Below, piece after piece: positions 22,021 through 35,726 of a stretch of 64,000 nucleotides of DNA. The stretch is from NCBI RefSeq assembly GCF_018350175.1, contig NC_058368.1, forward strand, positions 83,020,001-83,084,000, written 5' to 3'. A program made the translations under genes and the position numbers. Below the pieces are notes generated by a model. That model was not told the origin of the DNA. It saw nothing but the letters and a program-made list of their open reading frames with translations, and did not search any database. Source of the DNA: Felis catus (Eukaryota). How positions within the stretch are numbered: position 1 is the first letter of the stretch; each line of letters begins with the position of its first letter.

Positions 22021-25000
22021 GGGAGAAGTTAAAAGGGCAGAGAAACATGGATACCCCGAGCTTGTCTCATCCCTGAAATGAAGCTAGATCAGCAACAAAC
22101 CATTTTGAATGCCTAGGAAATTTATCTGAGGGTTAGTACAACAATCTGCATAATTTGAGCCATGGAACTCTGCAAGTACATTGTGGGGAGGGATGAACTG
22201 GGGGAGAGAAAAGCCAAGGAGGGTAGGGAGCTGTTTTTGTGAAAAGAGGATAGAGAAAAAGAAAGAGGGAGAGTGTGGCACAATGGGATCCTGCAATAAA
22301 AGCACTCCCCTGAAAGAATCTATAAAGAGAGATAAAGACTGAAAACACTTGCAGGGGATTAGACAAGAAATCTGTTCCCCAAAACCATAATGAGAAAAAA
22401 GGAGAGGGTTTCTATACCACCAGAATTTTACAAACAGTGGATCCAAGAGTCTGAGGTTTCAGAGCTCAGTGCTTGGCAGTGCTCTGGTGAGGAAGTAGGG
22501 CAAATCCCCAGGAGCAGACAGTGGGGTCTGTGGGGTCCATATGCCACATGAGGAGAAGCAACCCCCCTGCATGGAGTGCATTTGGTAGAGGCTATACAAC
22601 CTCCCCACAGGAAAAGTTCCCAGCAGAACCCAGAAAACAGCTACATTTGCTGGTATTGGGACAAAAATGCCAGAGTGCGGTGAAACCTGGTGCCAGAAGT
22701 GTGTTGTGAGTTGCCATAATCTTTGAAACTCTGCCAGTGTGTGATCACCTGGTTTTCTGGGGCAAGCCAGCACCTGGCCATTGCTCAGTGAGACCTTCCC
22801 TCAAAGAATCAGTGCCGGTCCAACCCGAAGGGGCCTCTGAAATGTGGAATTTTAAAACACAACAACATCTGATATAAAACTCTGGAGGGAGGTGCCACCT
22901 GTCAGGAGAACAGCTTGCACATGGGCAGGGTAGAGGCGGGGAGTGGAGGCCTGTGACAAAAGAGGGGCACTTGATCTCAGGCCACTGAAAGATTGAAGTT
23001 TTTGTGCCAGAAACTAGGGAGATCGGTGAAGACATTTTCACCTTTCCTGTGCACCCACATGTAGGCACGTGCATCCCACTGATCCACCCCAATAAGCTAA
23101 GCAGCACCACTTAGTGGAGAATGGAGCTGTTACACCAAGGCACGCCCAACTGAGCCCTCCAAGCACGTCCCCTAGAAGACCAGCACTAGCCACTCCACTT
23201 GCATAATTTAAGGACCATCAAGAACTTCATATTTTCAGTTTTGGGGAAACTTGATGTAACTTCTTTCAGATTTCATTCTGTTGGCTGGTTTATTTATTTG
23301 TTTTCCTTGCTTCTGTTTTTGCTTAAATTGTTTTCTTCTTTTCTTTTTTTTTCTTTTCTTCCTCTTTCTGGGATACAGAAAGAAAAATTTATTTTTTTAC
23401 TTAATTTTTTATTCCATTTCATTTTATTTATTTCATTTATTCTATTTTATTATGTGTATATATGTTTAATTTGTAAATAATTTCTTACCTTTTTTTCCAT
23501 TTACTTTCCATTTACTTTTTCACTATTCTATCAAGCTTCTTTCAACAAGAAGACCAAACACACCTAGGGTCTAGCTTTCTTTAGTTGATTTTATGTTTCT
23601 TTTTAAATTTTTTTTTAACTTTTAATTTTTAATTTTTAATTTTATCTTTTCCTCCTCCAAAATGACAAAATGAAGAAATTCCCCCCTCAAAAAAAATAAA
23701 ACAGTAAGAAATGACACCAGGGACCTAGTCAACACAGATATAACCAAGATGTCTGAACCAGAAATTAGAACCGTGAAAATGAGAATACTATCTGGGGTTG
23801 AAAAAATAATAGAATCCTTTTTTGGGGGAAGATAATAGAAATAAAATCTAATCAGAAAGAAATAAAAAAATACTATTACTGAGATGCAATCTTGAATAAA
23901 TTCCATGACTGCAAGGGTAGATGAAGCAAATCAGCAATATACAACACAAACTTATGGAGAAAAATGGAGCAGAAAAAAGAGGGGAAAAAGGCAAAAGAGC
24001 ATGATATGGGACTTAGAGAACTAAGTGACTTATTGAAAAAGAATGAAAAAACATATTGAAAAGCCATAAAATACCTAGGAATAAAAGTAGCTAAAGAGAT
24101 GAAAAATCTATATACTGAGAACTATAGAAATCTTATGAAAGAAATTTAAGAAGACATAGATGGAAAAACATTCCATGCTCATGATTTGGAAGAATAAATA
24201 TTGTTAAAATGTCAATATTACACAAAGCAATCTACATATTCAATGCAATCCCTGTCAAATCAACACCAGAATTCTTCACAGAGGTAAAATAAATAATCCT
24301 AAAATTTGTATGCTAGCAGGAAAGACCTTGAATAGCCAAAACAGTCCTGAAAAAGAAAAACAAAGCTGGAGACGTCACAATTCTGGACTTCAAGCTGTAT
24401 TACAAAGCTGTAATCAATAAGACAGTATGGTACTGGCATAAAAACAGACACAAAGATCAATGGATCAGAATAGAGGACCCAGAAATGGACCCACAAATGT
24501 ATGGCCAATTAATCTTTTACAAAGTAGGAAAGCATATCCAAAGGAGAAATGGCAGTCTCTTCAGAAAATAGTGTTGCAAAAACTGGACAGCGAAACACAG
24601 AAGAATGAACCTAGACCACTTTGCTACACCATACACAAAAATAAACTCAAAATGCATGAAACACCTAAATGTAAGACAGGAAACAATCAAAATCCCAGAA
24701 TACAAAATGAACAACTTATTTGACCTTGGCTGCAGCAACTTCTTGCTTGATTTGTCTCTGGAGGCAAGAGAAGCAAAAACAAAAATGAACTATTGGGACC
24801 TCATCAAGATAAAGGGTTTCTTCACAGTGAATTAAATAATCACGAAACTTTAAAAGGCAACTGATGGAATGTGAGAAGGTATTTGAAAATGATAATCTTA
24901 TAAAGGGTTAGTATCTAAAATCTATAAAGAACTTATAGAACTCAACACCCAAAGAAACAATCAACTGAAGAAATAGGCAAAGGCATGAACAAACACTTTT

Positions 25001-25416
25001 CAAAAGAAGACATCCATAGGGCCAACAGACACATAAAAAAATTCTCAGCATCACCAATCATCAGGGAAATACATCAAAACCACAATGAGATATCACGTTT
25101 TACCTGTCAGCATGGCTAAAATTATCATGCAATAACAGATGTTGACAAGGATGGGGGGGAAAAGGAACCCTTTTGCACTATTGGTGGAAATGAAAATTGG
25201 TGCAGCCACTCTGGAAAACATGGAGGTTCATAAAAAAAGTAAAAAATAGAACTATAATACAAATCAACAATTTCACTAAGTATCCAAAGGATATAGGGAT
25301 GCTGATCCCTAGGGGCACATGCACCACAATGTTTGTAGCAGCACTGTCTACAATAGCCAAAGTATGGAAAGAGCCCAAATGTCCATTGACTAATGAATGG
25401 ATAAAGAAGATTTGAT

Positions 25417-25451
<35 letters not shown>

Positions 25452-25860
25452 GAATATTACTCAGCAATCAAAAAGAATGAAATCCTGTTATTTGCACCAA
25501 CGTGGATGGGATTAGACTTTATTATGCAAACCAAAATAAGACAGGTAGAGAAATACAAATATACGATTTCACCCATATGGGGAATTTAAAATGCAAAACA
25601 GATGAAAATAAGGGAAGAGAAAATAATATAAAAACAGAGAGGGAGACAAGCCATAAGAGACTCTCAAATACAGAGAACAAACTGAGGGTTGCTGGTGGGG
25701 TGTTTGGTAGGGGGCGGAGGGAAGGGCTAAATGTCTGATGGGCATTAAGAAGGGCACTTGGGACAACCACTGGGTGTTAAATGTAAGTGATGAATCACTA
25801 AAATTTATTCCTGAAATCAGTATTACATTTTATGTTAACTTTGATTTAATTAAAAAGTAA
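22021..25860 (+). mobile_element. Carnivore LINE-1 with 5'UTR and 3' end but an internal deletion of about 2.9 kb
   Basis: GC-rich then T-rich 5'UTR, ORF1 start near 23662, jump at about 24045-24063 to post-RT ORF2, then 3'UTR and A tail. Confidence 0.93.
25420..25449 (+). repeat. (CA)n microsatellite within L1
   Basis: Directly visible in the sequence. Confidence 0.95.
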
Positions 25861-26079
25861 AGGAAAGAAAATTTTAAGAAGGTAAAAATAATGATAAATT
25901 ATAAAATAAGTATGTGAATTTAATTACTAATTATGAATCTAAGGACCACTGTAACTCATCTTGTCTACATTACATATTCAAAGAAACACATTACATAATG
26001 TTACATTGGCAAATACAAAAACAACACATTTGAAGTGATAAACATCCATTTGTGTTGATTAGATCAAAAGTGTATTTTA

Positions 26080-26293
26080 GGGGCGCCTGGGTGGCGCAGT
26101 CGGTTAAGCGTCCGACTTCAGCCAGGTCACGATCTCGCGGTCCGGGAGTTCGAGCCCCGCGTCAGGCTCTGGGCTGATGGCTCAGAGCCTGGAGCCTGTT
26201 TCCGATTCTGTGTCTCCCTCTCTCTCTGCCCCTCCCCCGTTCATGCTCTGTCTCTCTCTGTCCCAAAAATAAACATTGAAAAAAAATTTTAAA
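26080..26293 (+). mobile_element. Very young felid Can-SINE with TSD
   Basis: CpGs retained, intact A box (TGGCGCAGTCGG) and B box (GAGTTCGAGCC). TSD AAAAGTGTATTTTAG at 26066-26080 and 26294-26308. Confidence 0.98.
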
Positions 26294-26419
26294 AAAAGTG
26301 TATTTTAGTGTAATACTAAAAATGACTCTGCTGACACGCAGACTACAGTATACTAATGCATGTGTTGATGTAATTCTTAGAGTAAAATATGTCCCTACCA
26401 AAACAAACATTAAACTATG

Positions 26420-29400
26420 TTTTTTATGTTTTTTTAATATGAAATTTATTGTCAAATTGGTTTCCATACAACACCCAATGCTCATCCCAACAGGTGCCCT
26501 CCTCAATGCGCATCACCCATCTCACTCTCCCTCCCACCAACCATCAACCCTCAGTTTATTCTCAGTTTTTAAGAGTCTATTATGGTTTGGCTCTCTCCCT
26601 CTTTAACTTTTCTTTTTTCCTTCCGCTCTCCCATGGTCTTTTGTTAAGATTTTCAGGATCTACATAAGAGTGAAAACATATGGTATCTTTCTCTGTATGA
26701 CTTATTTTACTTAGCGTAACACTCTCCAGTTCCATCCGTGTTGCCACAAAAGACCATGTTTCATTTTTTCTCATTGCCAAGTAGTATTCCATTGTATATA
26801 CAAACCACAACTTTTTATCCATTCATCAGTTGATGGACATTTAGGTTATTTCCATAATTTGGCTATTGTTAAAATCCTGCTATAAACTTTGGGGTACAAG
26901 TGCCCCTACGCATCAGCACTCCTGTATCCCTTGGGTGAATTCCCAGCAGTGCTATTGCTGGGTCATAGAGTAGATCTATTTTTAATTTTCTTGAGGAACC
27001 TCCACACTGTTTTCCAGAGTGGCTGCACCAGTTTGCATTCCCACTAACAGTGCAAAAGGTTTCCAGTTCTCCATATCATCTCCACCATCTATAGTCTCCT
27101 AATTTGTTCATTTTAGCCACTCTGACTGGCATGAGGTGATATCTCAGTGTGGTTTTGATTTGTATTTCCCTGATGAGGTGTGACATTGAGCATCTTTTCA
27201 TGTGCCTGTTGGCAATCTGGATGTCTTTTTTAGAGAAATGTCTATTCATGTCTTCTGCTCATTTCTTCACTGGATTATTAGTTTTTCAGGTGTTGAGTTT
27301 GGTGAGTTCTTTATAGATTTTGATACTAGCCCTTTGTCAGATATGTCATTTGCAAATATCGTTTCACATTCCATTGGTTGCCTTTTAGTTTTGTTGATTG
27401 TTTCCTTTGCAGTGCAGGAGCTTTTATCTTGATGAGGTCCCAATAGTTCATTTTTGCTTTTCACTCCCTTGCCTTTGGAGATGTGTCAAGTAAGAAATTG
27501 CTGCGGCTGAAGTCAGAGAGGTTTTTCCTGTTTTCTCCTCTAGGGTTTTGATGGTTTCCTGTCTCACATTCAGGTTCTTTATCCATTTTGAGTTTATTTT
27601 TGTGAATGTTATAAGAAAGTGGTGTAGTTTCATTCTTCAGCATGTTGCTGTCCAGTTTTCCCAGTACCATTTGTTAAAGAGACTGTATTTTTTTTCCATA
27701 GGATATTCTTTCCTGCTTTGTCAAAGATTAGTTGGCCATATTTTTGTGGGTCCAATTCTGGAGTCTGTATTCTATTCCAGCGGTCAATGTGTCTGTTTTT
27801 GTGCCAATACCATGCTGTCTTCATGATTACAGTTTTGTCATAGAGGCTAAAGTCTGGGATTGTGATGCCTCCCACTTTGGTCTTCTTCAATATTACTTTG
27901 GCTATTCAGGGTCTTTTGTGGTTCCACACAAATTTTAGGATGATTTGTTCTAGCTTCGAGAAGAATGCTGGTGCAATTTTGATTGGGATTGCATTGAATG
28001 TGTAGATTGCTTTGGGTGGTATTGACATTTTACAATATTTATTCTTCCAATCCATGAGCACAGAATGTTTTTCCATTTCCTTATATCTTCTTCAATTTCC
28101 TTCATACACTTTCTATAGTTTTCAGCATACATATCTTTTGCATCTTTGGTTAGGTTTATTCCTAGGCATTTAATGATTCTTGGTGTAATTGTGAATGGGA
28201 TCAGTTTCTTTCTTTGTCTTTCTATTGCTTCATTATTAGTGTATAAGAATGCAACTGATTTCTGTACAATAATTTTGTATCCTGTGACTTTTCTGGATTC
28301 ATGTATCAGTTCTAGCAGATATTGGTGGAATCTATCGGCTTTTCCATGTATAATATCATGTCATCTGCAAAAAGTGAAAGTTTGACTTCATCGTTGCCAG
28401 TTTTGATGACTTTGATTTCCTTTTGTTGTCTGATTGCTGATGCTAGACCTTCCAACACTATCTTAAACAACGGCATGAGAGTGGATACCCCTGTTGTGTT
28501 CCTGATCTCAGGGAGAAAACTCTCAGTTTTTCCCCATCGAGGATGATATTAGCTTGTGGGCTTTTCATAAATGGCTTTTATGATGTTTAAGTATGTTCCT
28601 TCTATCCCAACTTTCTTGAGGGTTTTTATTAAGAAACGATACTGAATTTTGTCAAATGATTTTTCTGCATCAATTGACAGGATCATAATATACTTTTCTT
28701 TTCTTTTATCAATGTGATGTATCACATTGATTGATTTGCAAATGTTGAATCAGCCTTGCATCCCAGGAATGAATCCCACTTGATTGTGGTGAATGTTTGT
28801 TTCCTATTCTGTTGAATTCGAATTGCTAGTATCTTTTTGAGAATTTTTGCATCCATATTAATCAAGGATATTGGCCTGTAGTTCTCTTTTTTTGCTGGGT
28901 CTCTGTCTGGTTTGGGAATCAAAGTAATGCTGGCTTCATAGAATGAGTCTGGAAGTTGCCCTTCCCTTTTTATTTTTGGAATAGCTTGAGAAGGATAGGT
29001 ATTATCTCTGCTTTAAATGTCTGGTAGAATTCCCCTGGGAAGCCATCTGGTCCTGGACTCTTATTTGCTGGGAAATTTTTGATAACTGCTTCAATTTATT
29101 CTCTGGTTATGGGTCTGTTCAAGCTTTCTATTTCCTCCTGTTTCAGTGTTGTAAGTGTGTGGGTGCTTAGGAATTTGTCCATTTCTTCCAGGTTGTCCAG
29201 TTTGTTGGCATATAATTTTCCATAGTATGCCCTGATTATTGCTTGTATTTCTGAGGGATTGGTTCTAATCATTCCATTTTCATTCATGATTTTATCTATT
29301 TGGGTTCTGTCCCTTTTCCTTTTGAGAAGCCTGTCTAGAGGTTTGTCAATTTTGTTTATTTTTTCAAAAAAATCAACTTTTGGTTTCATTGACCTCCTCT

Positions 29401-29925
29401 ACTGTTTTTTTTTTTTTTTACATTCTATATTGTTTATTTCTGTTCTGATCTTTATTATTTCTCTTCTCCTGCTGGGTTTGGGGTGTCTTTGCTATTGTGC
29501 TTCTATTTCCTTTGGGTGTGCTGTTAGATTTTGTATTTGGGACTTTTCTTGTTTCTTGAGATAGGCCTGGATTGTAATGTATTTTCCTCTCAGGACTGCC
29601 TTCAGTGCATCCCAAAGCATTTGGATTGTTGTATTTTCATTTTCATTTGTTTCCATATATTTTTTAGTTTCTTCTTTAATTGCCTGGTTGACCCATTCAT
29701 TCTTTAGTAGGGTGTTCTTTAATCTCCGTGCTTTTGGAGTTTTTCAGACTTTTTCCTGTGGTTGATTTCAAGTTTCATAGCATTGTGGTCTGAAAGTGTG
29801 CATGGTATGATCTCAATTCTTTCACATTTATGAAAGGCTGTTTTGTGGCCCAGTATGTGATGTATCTTGGAGAATGTTCCATGTGCACTTGAGAAGAAAG
29901 TATATTCTGTTGCTTTGGGATGCAG
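26420..29925 (-). mobile_element. Felid LINE-1, 5'-truncated (about 3.5 kb, disrupted ORF2)
   Basis: 3'UTR at left, then ORF2 fragments (27630..27890, 28722..28922, 29096..29389). Ends inside the endonuclease domain. Confidence 0.97.
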
Positions 29926-30538
29926 TGTTTTTGCCCTTTATCTACCTCATCCATTTCCCTACCCATCTTCTCCCTGGCACCCACCAGTTTGTTTTCTGTA
30001 CTTAAGAGTCTGGTTTTTTGTTTGTTTATTTGTTTTTGTTTGTTTTTTATTGTTTTATTTGTCTATGTGTGTGTGTGTGTGTGTGTACACACACATATAA
30101 TTTATTGTCAAATTGTCTTACATACAACACCCAGTGCTCATCCAAACAAGTGCCCTCCTCAATGCCCATTACCCATTTTCCTTCTCTCTCACCCCCCATC
30201 CACCCTCAGTTTGTTGTCTGTATTTTAGAGTCTCTTGTGGTTTGCTCCCTCCCTCTCTGTTTGTAATTATTTCCCCCCCCCTCCCTTCCCCCATGGTCAT
30301 CTGTTTGTTTCTTAAATTCCACATATGAATGAAATCATATGGTATATATCATATCTCTATATATTTCTATATATCTCTATAATGTCATGTCATATCATAT
30401 ATTATATCTATCTACCTATCTATATATCACATCATATCTTCTTTATTTATTCATCTATGGATTGATACTTGGTATGTTTCCATTTCTTGGTTATTGTAAA
30501 TAATGCTACAATAAACATACGAGTGCATATATCTTTTT
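29926..30538 (-). mobile_element. Stacked LINE-1 3'-end fragments with (GT)n(CA)n and (TA)-rich tracts
   Basis: Older 3'UTR pieces (29926-30020, 30430-30538) flank a carnivore 3' end (30098-30345). Confidence 0.8.
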
Positions 30539-30539
30539 A

Positions 30540-30720
30540 TGTCTTTAATTTTAATTTGGGAGAGTGAGAGAGAGAGGCTGTAAGAAAGATGGGCAAAAGG
30601 AGAGAGAGAGAGTGACAGAAACAGAGACATACAGAAGAGAGAAACTTAAGCAAGCTTCATGCTGAGCACAGAGCCTGACACAGGGCTCTATCCAATGACC
30701 CTGGGGTCATAACCTGAAAT
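30540..30720 (-). mobile_element. Can-SINE lacking its 5' head
   Basis: (GA)n and GAGCACAGAGCCTGACACAGGGCTC, fused directly to L1 ORF2. Confidence 0.85.
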
Positions 30721-31659
30721 GAGTCTGGAAGCTTTCCTTCTGTTTCTATTTTTTGCTACAGCTTGAGAAGAAGAGGTATTAACCCTGATTTAAATGTCTG
30801 GTAGAATTCCCCTGGGAAGCTATCTGACCCAGGACTCTAATTGTTGGGAGATTTTTGAAAATTGATTCAACTGGTCTGTTTGAATTTTCGATTTCTTCCC
30901 TTTCAAGTTTTGGTATTGTGTGGATAGTCTAGGAATTTGTCCATTTCTTCCAGATTGTCCAGTTTATTGGCATATAATTTTTCATAGTATTGTCTAATAG
31001 TTGTTTGTATTTCTAATAATTGTTTGGTGTTGATTGTGATTTCTCCTCTTTCATTCTTGTTTTTATCTATTTGGGTCCTCTCTCTTTTCTTCTTGAGAAG
31101 TTGGCTAGGGGTTTATAAATTTTGTTTATTCTTTCAAAAATCCAGATCTTATATTCAGTAACCTGTTCTAATTATTTTTGATTCTATATTGTTTATTTCT
31201 TATCTAATCTTTATTATTTCTCTTCTTCTGCTGGTGTTGGACTTTCTCTGCTGCTGTCCTTTATTCTTTTATGTGTGAGGTTAGGTTCTGTATTTAGAAC
31301 CTTTCTTGTTTCTTGAGATAGACCTGGATTACAATGTATGTTTCTCTTAGGATTGCCTTTGCTAATTCCAAAAGGGTTTGTACTGTTGTATTTTTATTTT
31401 CATTTGCATCCATATATTTTTGAAGTTCTTTAATTTCTGGTTAACCCATTCATTTTTAATAGGATATTTTTAAACCTACATATATTTGGGGAATTTAAAG
31501 TTTTTTTTTTTTCTGCTTAATTTCAAGTTTCATACTGTGACTTGAAAATATGCATGTATGATCTCAATCCTTTTATATTGGTTAAGACTATTTTGTGACC
31601 CAATATGTGATCTGTTTTGGAGATTATTCCATTTGCACTCAAGAAGAATGTGTATTTTA

Positions 31660-31886
31660 GGGGCCCCTGGATGGCTCAGTCAGTTATGCATCCGACTTTA
31701 GCTCAGGTTATGATCTCACTGTTTGCGGGTTCAACCCCAATGTCAGGCTCTGTGCTGACAGTTTAGAGCCTGAAGCTTGCTTCAGATTCTGTGTCTCCGT
31801 CTCCCTCTCTGCCTCTCCCCCACTCATGCTCTGTTTCTATTTCTCAAGAATGAATAAACATTATTTTTTTAAAAAACATTAAAAAA
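31660..31886 (+). mobile_element. Can-SINE inside L1
   Basis: TSD core AAGAATGTGT at 31644-31653 and 31887-31896. Confidence 0.96.
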
Positions 31887-32029
31887 AAGAATGTGTGTTC
31901 TGCTGCGTTTGGATGAAAAGTTCTAAATATATCCGTTAAGTCCATCTGGTCCAAAGTGTCATTAAGAGTTGTTTCCTTATTGATTTTCTGCCTTGATGAT
32001 CTGTCCTTTGTTGTAAGTGGAGTATTAAA

Positions 32030-32239
32030 ATTTTTTTTAACGTTTACTTATTTTTGAGACAGAGAGAGAGCATGAGTGGGGGAGGGTCAGAGAGAGAGAG
32101 GGAGACACAGAATCTGAAACAGGCTCCAGGCTCTGCACTGTCAGCACAGAGCCCCACGTGGGGCTTGAACTCACAGACTGTGAGATCATGACCTGAGCCA
32201 AAGTCGGATGCTTAACCGACTGAGCCACCCAGGCGCCCC
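32030..32239 (-). mobile_element. Can-SINE inside L1
   Basis: 17-bp TSD GTAAGTGGAGTATTAAA at 32013-32029 and 32241-32257. Confidence 0.97.
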
Positions 32240-34044
32240 AGTAAGTGGAGTATTAAAGTCCCCTACAATCCTGGTATTTTTATCTATATATTTATTTATG
32301 TGTGTGATTAATTGATTTATATATTTGGAAATTCCACATTGGGGGAATAAACATTTCCTGTTAGCTCTTTTTGAATGTTAGACCCCTTAATTATGATAGG
32401 ATGTCCTTCTTCATGTCTCATTACAGTCTTTGTTTTAAAATCTGGTTTCTCTGACATAAGTATGGCTACTCTGGCTTTCTTTTGGCATCCAGTAATGTGA
32501 TATTTCCATCACTTCACTTTCAAACTGCAGGTGTGCTTGGGTCTAAAATGAGTCTCTTGTATGCAGCATATAGACAGATTAAAAAAAATCCACTCTGCTA
32601 TCCTGTGTATTTTGATTGGGGCATTTAGTCCATTCACATTCATAGTGATTATTGAAAGATGTGGATTTAGTGTTATTGTGTTATCTCTAGGTTCTGTGCT
32701 TATGGTGATCTCCGGTCTTTTGTAGTCTTTGGTGCTCTCATATAGTCCCTATTAGAATCTCCTGCAGGGATAGTTTAGTGGTCATAAACCCATTTAGTTT
32801 ATGTTTGTCTAGGAAAGCCTTTATCTCTCCTTTTATTTAGAATGATAGCCTTGCTGGATAAAGGCTTCATGGTTGCTTTTTTTTTCTATTCTGCGTATTG
32901 AATATTTCCTGCCACTGCTTTGTGACCTGCAAGTTTCAGTGGATACGTCTGTTAACCTCATGTGTCCACCACCCTTTTGTTCCTAGCTGCTTTGAGAATT
33001 CTCTCTTTATCTTTGTAATTTGATACTTACACTATATGTCATGGTGTTAACCTGTTTTTGTAAATTTTGAGGGGGATTCTCTGTGCCTCTGGAACTTGGA
33101 TGTCTGTTTCCTTCCCCAGATTAGGGAAGTTCTCAGCTATAATTTGTTCAAATATATTTTCTGCCCCCTTTTCTCTCTCTTCTTCTTCTGGAACTCCTAT
33201 GATACAGATATTATTAGGTTTCATTGAGTCACTTAAGTCTCTAATTGTCCCCTTGTGATCTAGTAATTTCATTTCCCTCTTTTATTCAATTTCATTATTT
33301 TCAATAATTTTATCTTCTATTTCACCCATTCTCTCCTCTGTTTCCCCATCCTTTTCACTGTGTATAATTTACTTTGCATCTCATTTACCGCATTTCTTAA
33401 TTCATCATGACTACTACTTGGGTATCTGATATCTGCAGCAATCGATTCTCTGCTGTCATCTATGCTTTTTTCAAGCCCAGCCATTAGTCTTATAACTATT
33501 ATTCTAAATTCTTATTCAGATATATTGTTTATATCTGTCTTGAGCAATTCTCTGTCTGTCATTTCTTCCTGGAATTTCTTTTGAGGAGATTACTTCCATT
33601 TGTCATTTTGGCTAGTTTTATGTCTTTTATGAGTTTTAATAGATTGTTATATATCTTGCACCTGTGAGTACTACTATATTTAAAAGGGGTCATACACTGT
33701 CCAGGGTCTGACACTTTAGGAAGTGTTTTTGGAGTGGGTTGTGTACACTCTGTTGTTGCATCTTTGGCTGCTCTATCTCACTGCTCATAGTGGTGGATTG
33801 GACCTTCCACTAGATGTGCTTTGATACGTTTGTTGAAGTAACCCTGAAAAAGAAGAAAAAAGGGGAAGAGAAACCTTATCCCATACAAAAAACGAAATGA
33901 AAGTGGCAAGAAAAAAGACCAGGCAGGGAATCATGAAACTATAAGGCTTAATCCAGAGATAAAGAGAGGGAGGAAAATAAAGAAGAAGGAGAGGTGGAAA
34001 AGGTGTAAAAAATAGAGTAAAAATGCCTGATTAAACAAAAAACC

Positions 34045-34275
34045 AGAAGAGAGAAAGAAAGAAAGTTAAAGAAAGAAAGAAAGAAAGAAGAACGATAGAT
34101 ATAGATTAGATATAGATATAGATATAGATGATATAGATATAGATGATATAGATATACTAAAATTCCAAAGGGAAGAAAAGGAAAAAAAAAGGAGGAAAGT
34201 AAAAAGAAAAAAAAAGAAGGGAAAAGAGAAGAGAAGGAAAGAAGAGAGAAAATAATAATAGTAATAATAATAACA
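34045..34275 (+). repeat. Compound microsatellite (GAAA)n/(GATATA)n/(TAA)n in the L1 5'UTR
   Basis: Directly visible in the sequence. Confidence 0.9.
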
Positions 34276-35526
34276 AAACAGACTAACATACAAAATCACA
34301 GAACCATTGTCCATTGGTGCCTGGGACTGGTGGCTGTGTGGATCTGGAGGAGAGGCCATTTGGTTTGCTCAGCATCAGTCCCATTCTGGTAGATAGGCAG
34401 TTAGCAGGCATGGAAGAACTGGGTTTGGTGTAAGTAGGTCCCGCCTCCACTGGGGGCTGCTGTCCTGTTTTCTGAAACCCCACTGTGTTGGTGATGGGGA
34501 GAAAAATGTGACATCCCAACCTCTCTTCCCCACACCAGGTCTCTCAGACCATACTGTTCAGGCAGCAGAGTAGCGTGGACACTCAGCCTGTCTTGCTCCA
34601 CAGTCTCCCAGACCTCCTAGGTGCTTCAGCTGGGATTCAAAACCCATTGTCTTAAGGGATCCAAAACCATGTGGACCTGGTTCTGGGGTAGTGCTACTCC
34701 ATGAAGCTGACAAAGGGCCTGTGACTGGTGCTGGAAACCATTGTCCTTGGTGGAGCGAGGGCGGGGGGGGGGGGAGGTGGGCAATAAACTCTTCCCACAG
34801 TACTTGAGGGAAGGGACTGTTGTCTCCCAGTGTGCCCCTGAGATCACTACCTTGACCCAGGCCTGGCTTCCATCCCCCATGCACACGCAGGCAGGAGAAA
34901 GATGTGGTCAGGAGAAAGATGTGCATCCCTGAAAACTCCTGTTTTCAGCTGCTAAGGCTGTTTGCAAGTAGAAACTGGCTCTCTACGTATTTCTCATTCC
35001 CCAGTCCATGGTCTGGAGAGGTTTTTCTTTTGTCCAAATACAATACTACATTTCCACAGACTCTCTTTATCTTCTTGTCTCTCCACAAACAGGTACCTAC
35101 TCCTAAATATGTATTTATTAATTTTTCTTTATTCACGTTTACATAGCTTTGATAAATATACATTTTTATTTTTTTTTAGCTTTTATACCTCAAGTATTTA
35201 GATCATTTAGGTTTTAGTTTGCTAACTGACTTTTCTTTTTGATACAGTTCTATTCTTCCATAGGTGAAATTATCCCTATTGCATATTTTACCTCAGTTAC
35301 ATATTATTATAATAAAAATCAGCATGTGCTAAAATACTGTATTTATAGTTTCCCACTGGGTTTTCGCATGTGATGCTTTATAACTGAAATCAGTCATAAT
35401 TTACTGGGATCCTCATCCTTTGGAGTCATCTCCTTTCTTATTACTTAGTCATTAATTCAAATATTCATTAAATGCAAACTAAATGATAAACAATGCACTT
35501 TTTTAAAGGGGCTACAAGTGAGCACT

Positions 35527-35726
35527 GTGGATCTTCTATGTAAGTTATGAATCACTAAATTATATTTCTGAAACCATTATTACACTGTATGTTAACTAAC
35601 TTGGATTAAAACAATAAAATAAAAAGAGGATCCAGTATAGAAACTCAAAAAATAACATAACATAACATAACATAACACAACATAACATAACATAAATGTA
35701 TAATTTTGACCCTTAAATTAAAAAAA
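35527..35726 (+). mobile_element. Very short LINE-1 3' end plus extra 3' sequence including (AACAT)n
   Basis: L1 terminal motif TGAATCACTAAATT..ACACTGTATGTTAACTAACTTGGA. TSD AAGTGAGCACT at 35516-35526 and 35727-35737. Confidence 0.85.

Larger units (their letters stand above)
30719..35095 (-). mobile_element. Carnivore LINE-1 5' half (ORF2 N-terminus, ORF1, most of 5'UTR)
   Basis: ORF 33039..33272 is ORF1p (IRDLSDSMK..IIGVPEEEEREKG..IAENFPNL). ORF1 ATG at 33606. The 5'UTR resembles 46950-48300. Confidence 0.93.

Noticed and set aside
34759..34780. G-quadruplex regulatory element
   Set aside because: It is an expanded G run inside a decayed L1 5'UTR, with no evidence of function.
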